Shown: positions 62,976 through 64,000 of the stretch, piece by piece
Layout: each line of letters begins with the position of its first letter
How positions within the stretch are numbered: the stretch's first letter is position 1
Origin: Marsupella aquatica
Taxonomy: Eukaryota > Plantae > Marchantiophyta
Direction of reading: 5' to 3'
NCBI GenBank assembly: GCA_973895155.1
Contig: OZ316893.1
Span: forward strand, 4,888,977-4,952,976
Length of the DNA stretch: 64,000 nucleotides
Translations under genes and position numbers: made by a program
Notes under the pieces: model-generated
What the model was told of the DNA's origin: nothing
The model's database searches: none
What the model saw: the letters and a program-made list of their open reading frames with translations, nothing else

Positions 62976-64000
62976 GAAGATGTTTGTCACGGGTTCCAGA
63001 CAGATGACAACACAGATGATGAAGCTGAAAAAGAAAGGGGTGGAGACAGGAAAGACATTGATGGGGCCACAAAAGATGGGGCAGAGGACGCCACTAGTGA
63101 GCATGCTTCACAAGAACAGGGCGGAGAGGATGATGATGATGGGGCCACAGAAGATGGGGCAGAGGATGCCACTGCTGAGCATGCTTCACAAGAACAGGCT
63201 GGAGAGGATGATGATGATGGGGCCACAGAAGACAAGGAAAATTCTGATGGGGAGACAGAAGATGGGGAGACAGAAGATGGGGCCCAAGATGACAAGGCAG
63301 AGTATGATCCTGCCACACAAGATGGGGAGACAGAAGATGGGGCCCAACATGATGGGGAGATAGAAGATGGGGCTGAAGATGATGGGGCCACAGAAGACAG
63401 GCCCGAGGATGATGGTGTCCCAGGAGATGGGCCCTAGAAGATGGGGCCCAACAAGAAGCTTCACAACAAGATAGCCAAGAAGCGACGGAAGAGAGTAAAT
63501 TTGCAGAGGAATAGGAAGGAGATGGAGGAGAACCTACAGATGAAACTCATCTGAAGGCATATGAGAAACTTGTCGGAAATTAAGGTGAGGCTACAGTCTG
63601 TGTTCTTTCCTGTTCTATGCCATTTGTTGTTGTTATATTCCCTAATTCATTGAATGTCATGCCTGATGTTCTTGCAGGGAAGGGAAAGCAACAGCACATT
63701 AGCAGGAAAAAGGTGCCTGGTCACAAAAAACAGGCAAAGAAGACAAAGAAGGTGTCTTTCCTCAATGAAGGACACACCAGTGCACCCCTACCTGGTCTAG
63801 AATCATGGACTAAGATGAGATGGACCCAAGAATTGGGCAACATCATAACACATCACGTTGAAAACCTGACCAAAATTCGGGCCAAAATTATTCCTCCCTA
63901 TTCAGACTTAGTTGTGGATGGGGTTAGTATTCCATTCATCGACACCTATAATGTTGGAGGCAAATACAATAGGAACACCTGGTTGCCTTTACATGCTGCG

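Larger units (their letters stand above)
61273..64000 (+). mobile_element. Intron-containing, decayed TE-type gene with a C2H2-like Zn finger and acidic repeats; continues beyond the window
   Basis: C(KIMTDDS)C..F.....F..H...VH finger at ~61430-61510. Exon-like blocks separated by repeat-filled introns. DGATED/DGETED repeats at 63000-63440. In-frame TAG stops at 62465 and 63435. CpG-rich leader at 60730-61030. Confidence 0.5.

Noticed and set aside
62788-63464. Met-rich, Ser-rich and His-rich ORFs
   Set aside because: These are alternative-frame readings of the acidic GATGGGG repeat tract.

Overview
Eukaryotic, TE-rich plant nuclear DNA, most likely a bryophyte (inferred from the class II KNOX sequence, which resembles moss MKN1/MKN6). 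I can splice three intact host genes by hand: a canonical Cdc25 (M-phase inducer) phosphatase (-, 21954-23820), a plant mitoribosomal mL80-like gene (+, 42204-43123) and a class II KNOX homeobox gene (-, 47552-53024). The first 13 kb is a nest: a CACTA element holds a degenerate Ty1/copia element, which holds a non-autonomous TIR element. Also present are solo LTRs, CRE-like (RLE) non-LTR fragments, an intronless UXS pseudogene, a decayed SF1 helicase relic and a zinc-finger/acidic-repeat TE gene at the right end. The two strongest leads are (1) a canonical HCEFSSxR-type Cdc25 in what looks like a land-plant genome and (2) a repeat array just upstream of KNOX2 that multiplies the TALE-heterodimer decamer TGAYTGACAG. 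All calls come from reading the sequence by eye; no database searches were run.
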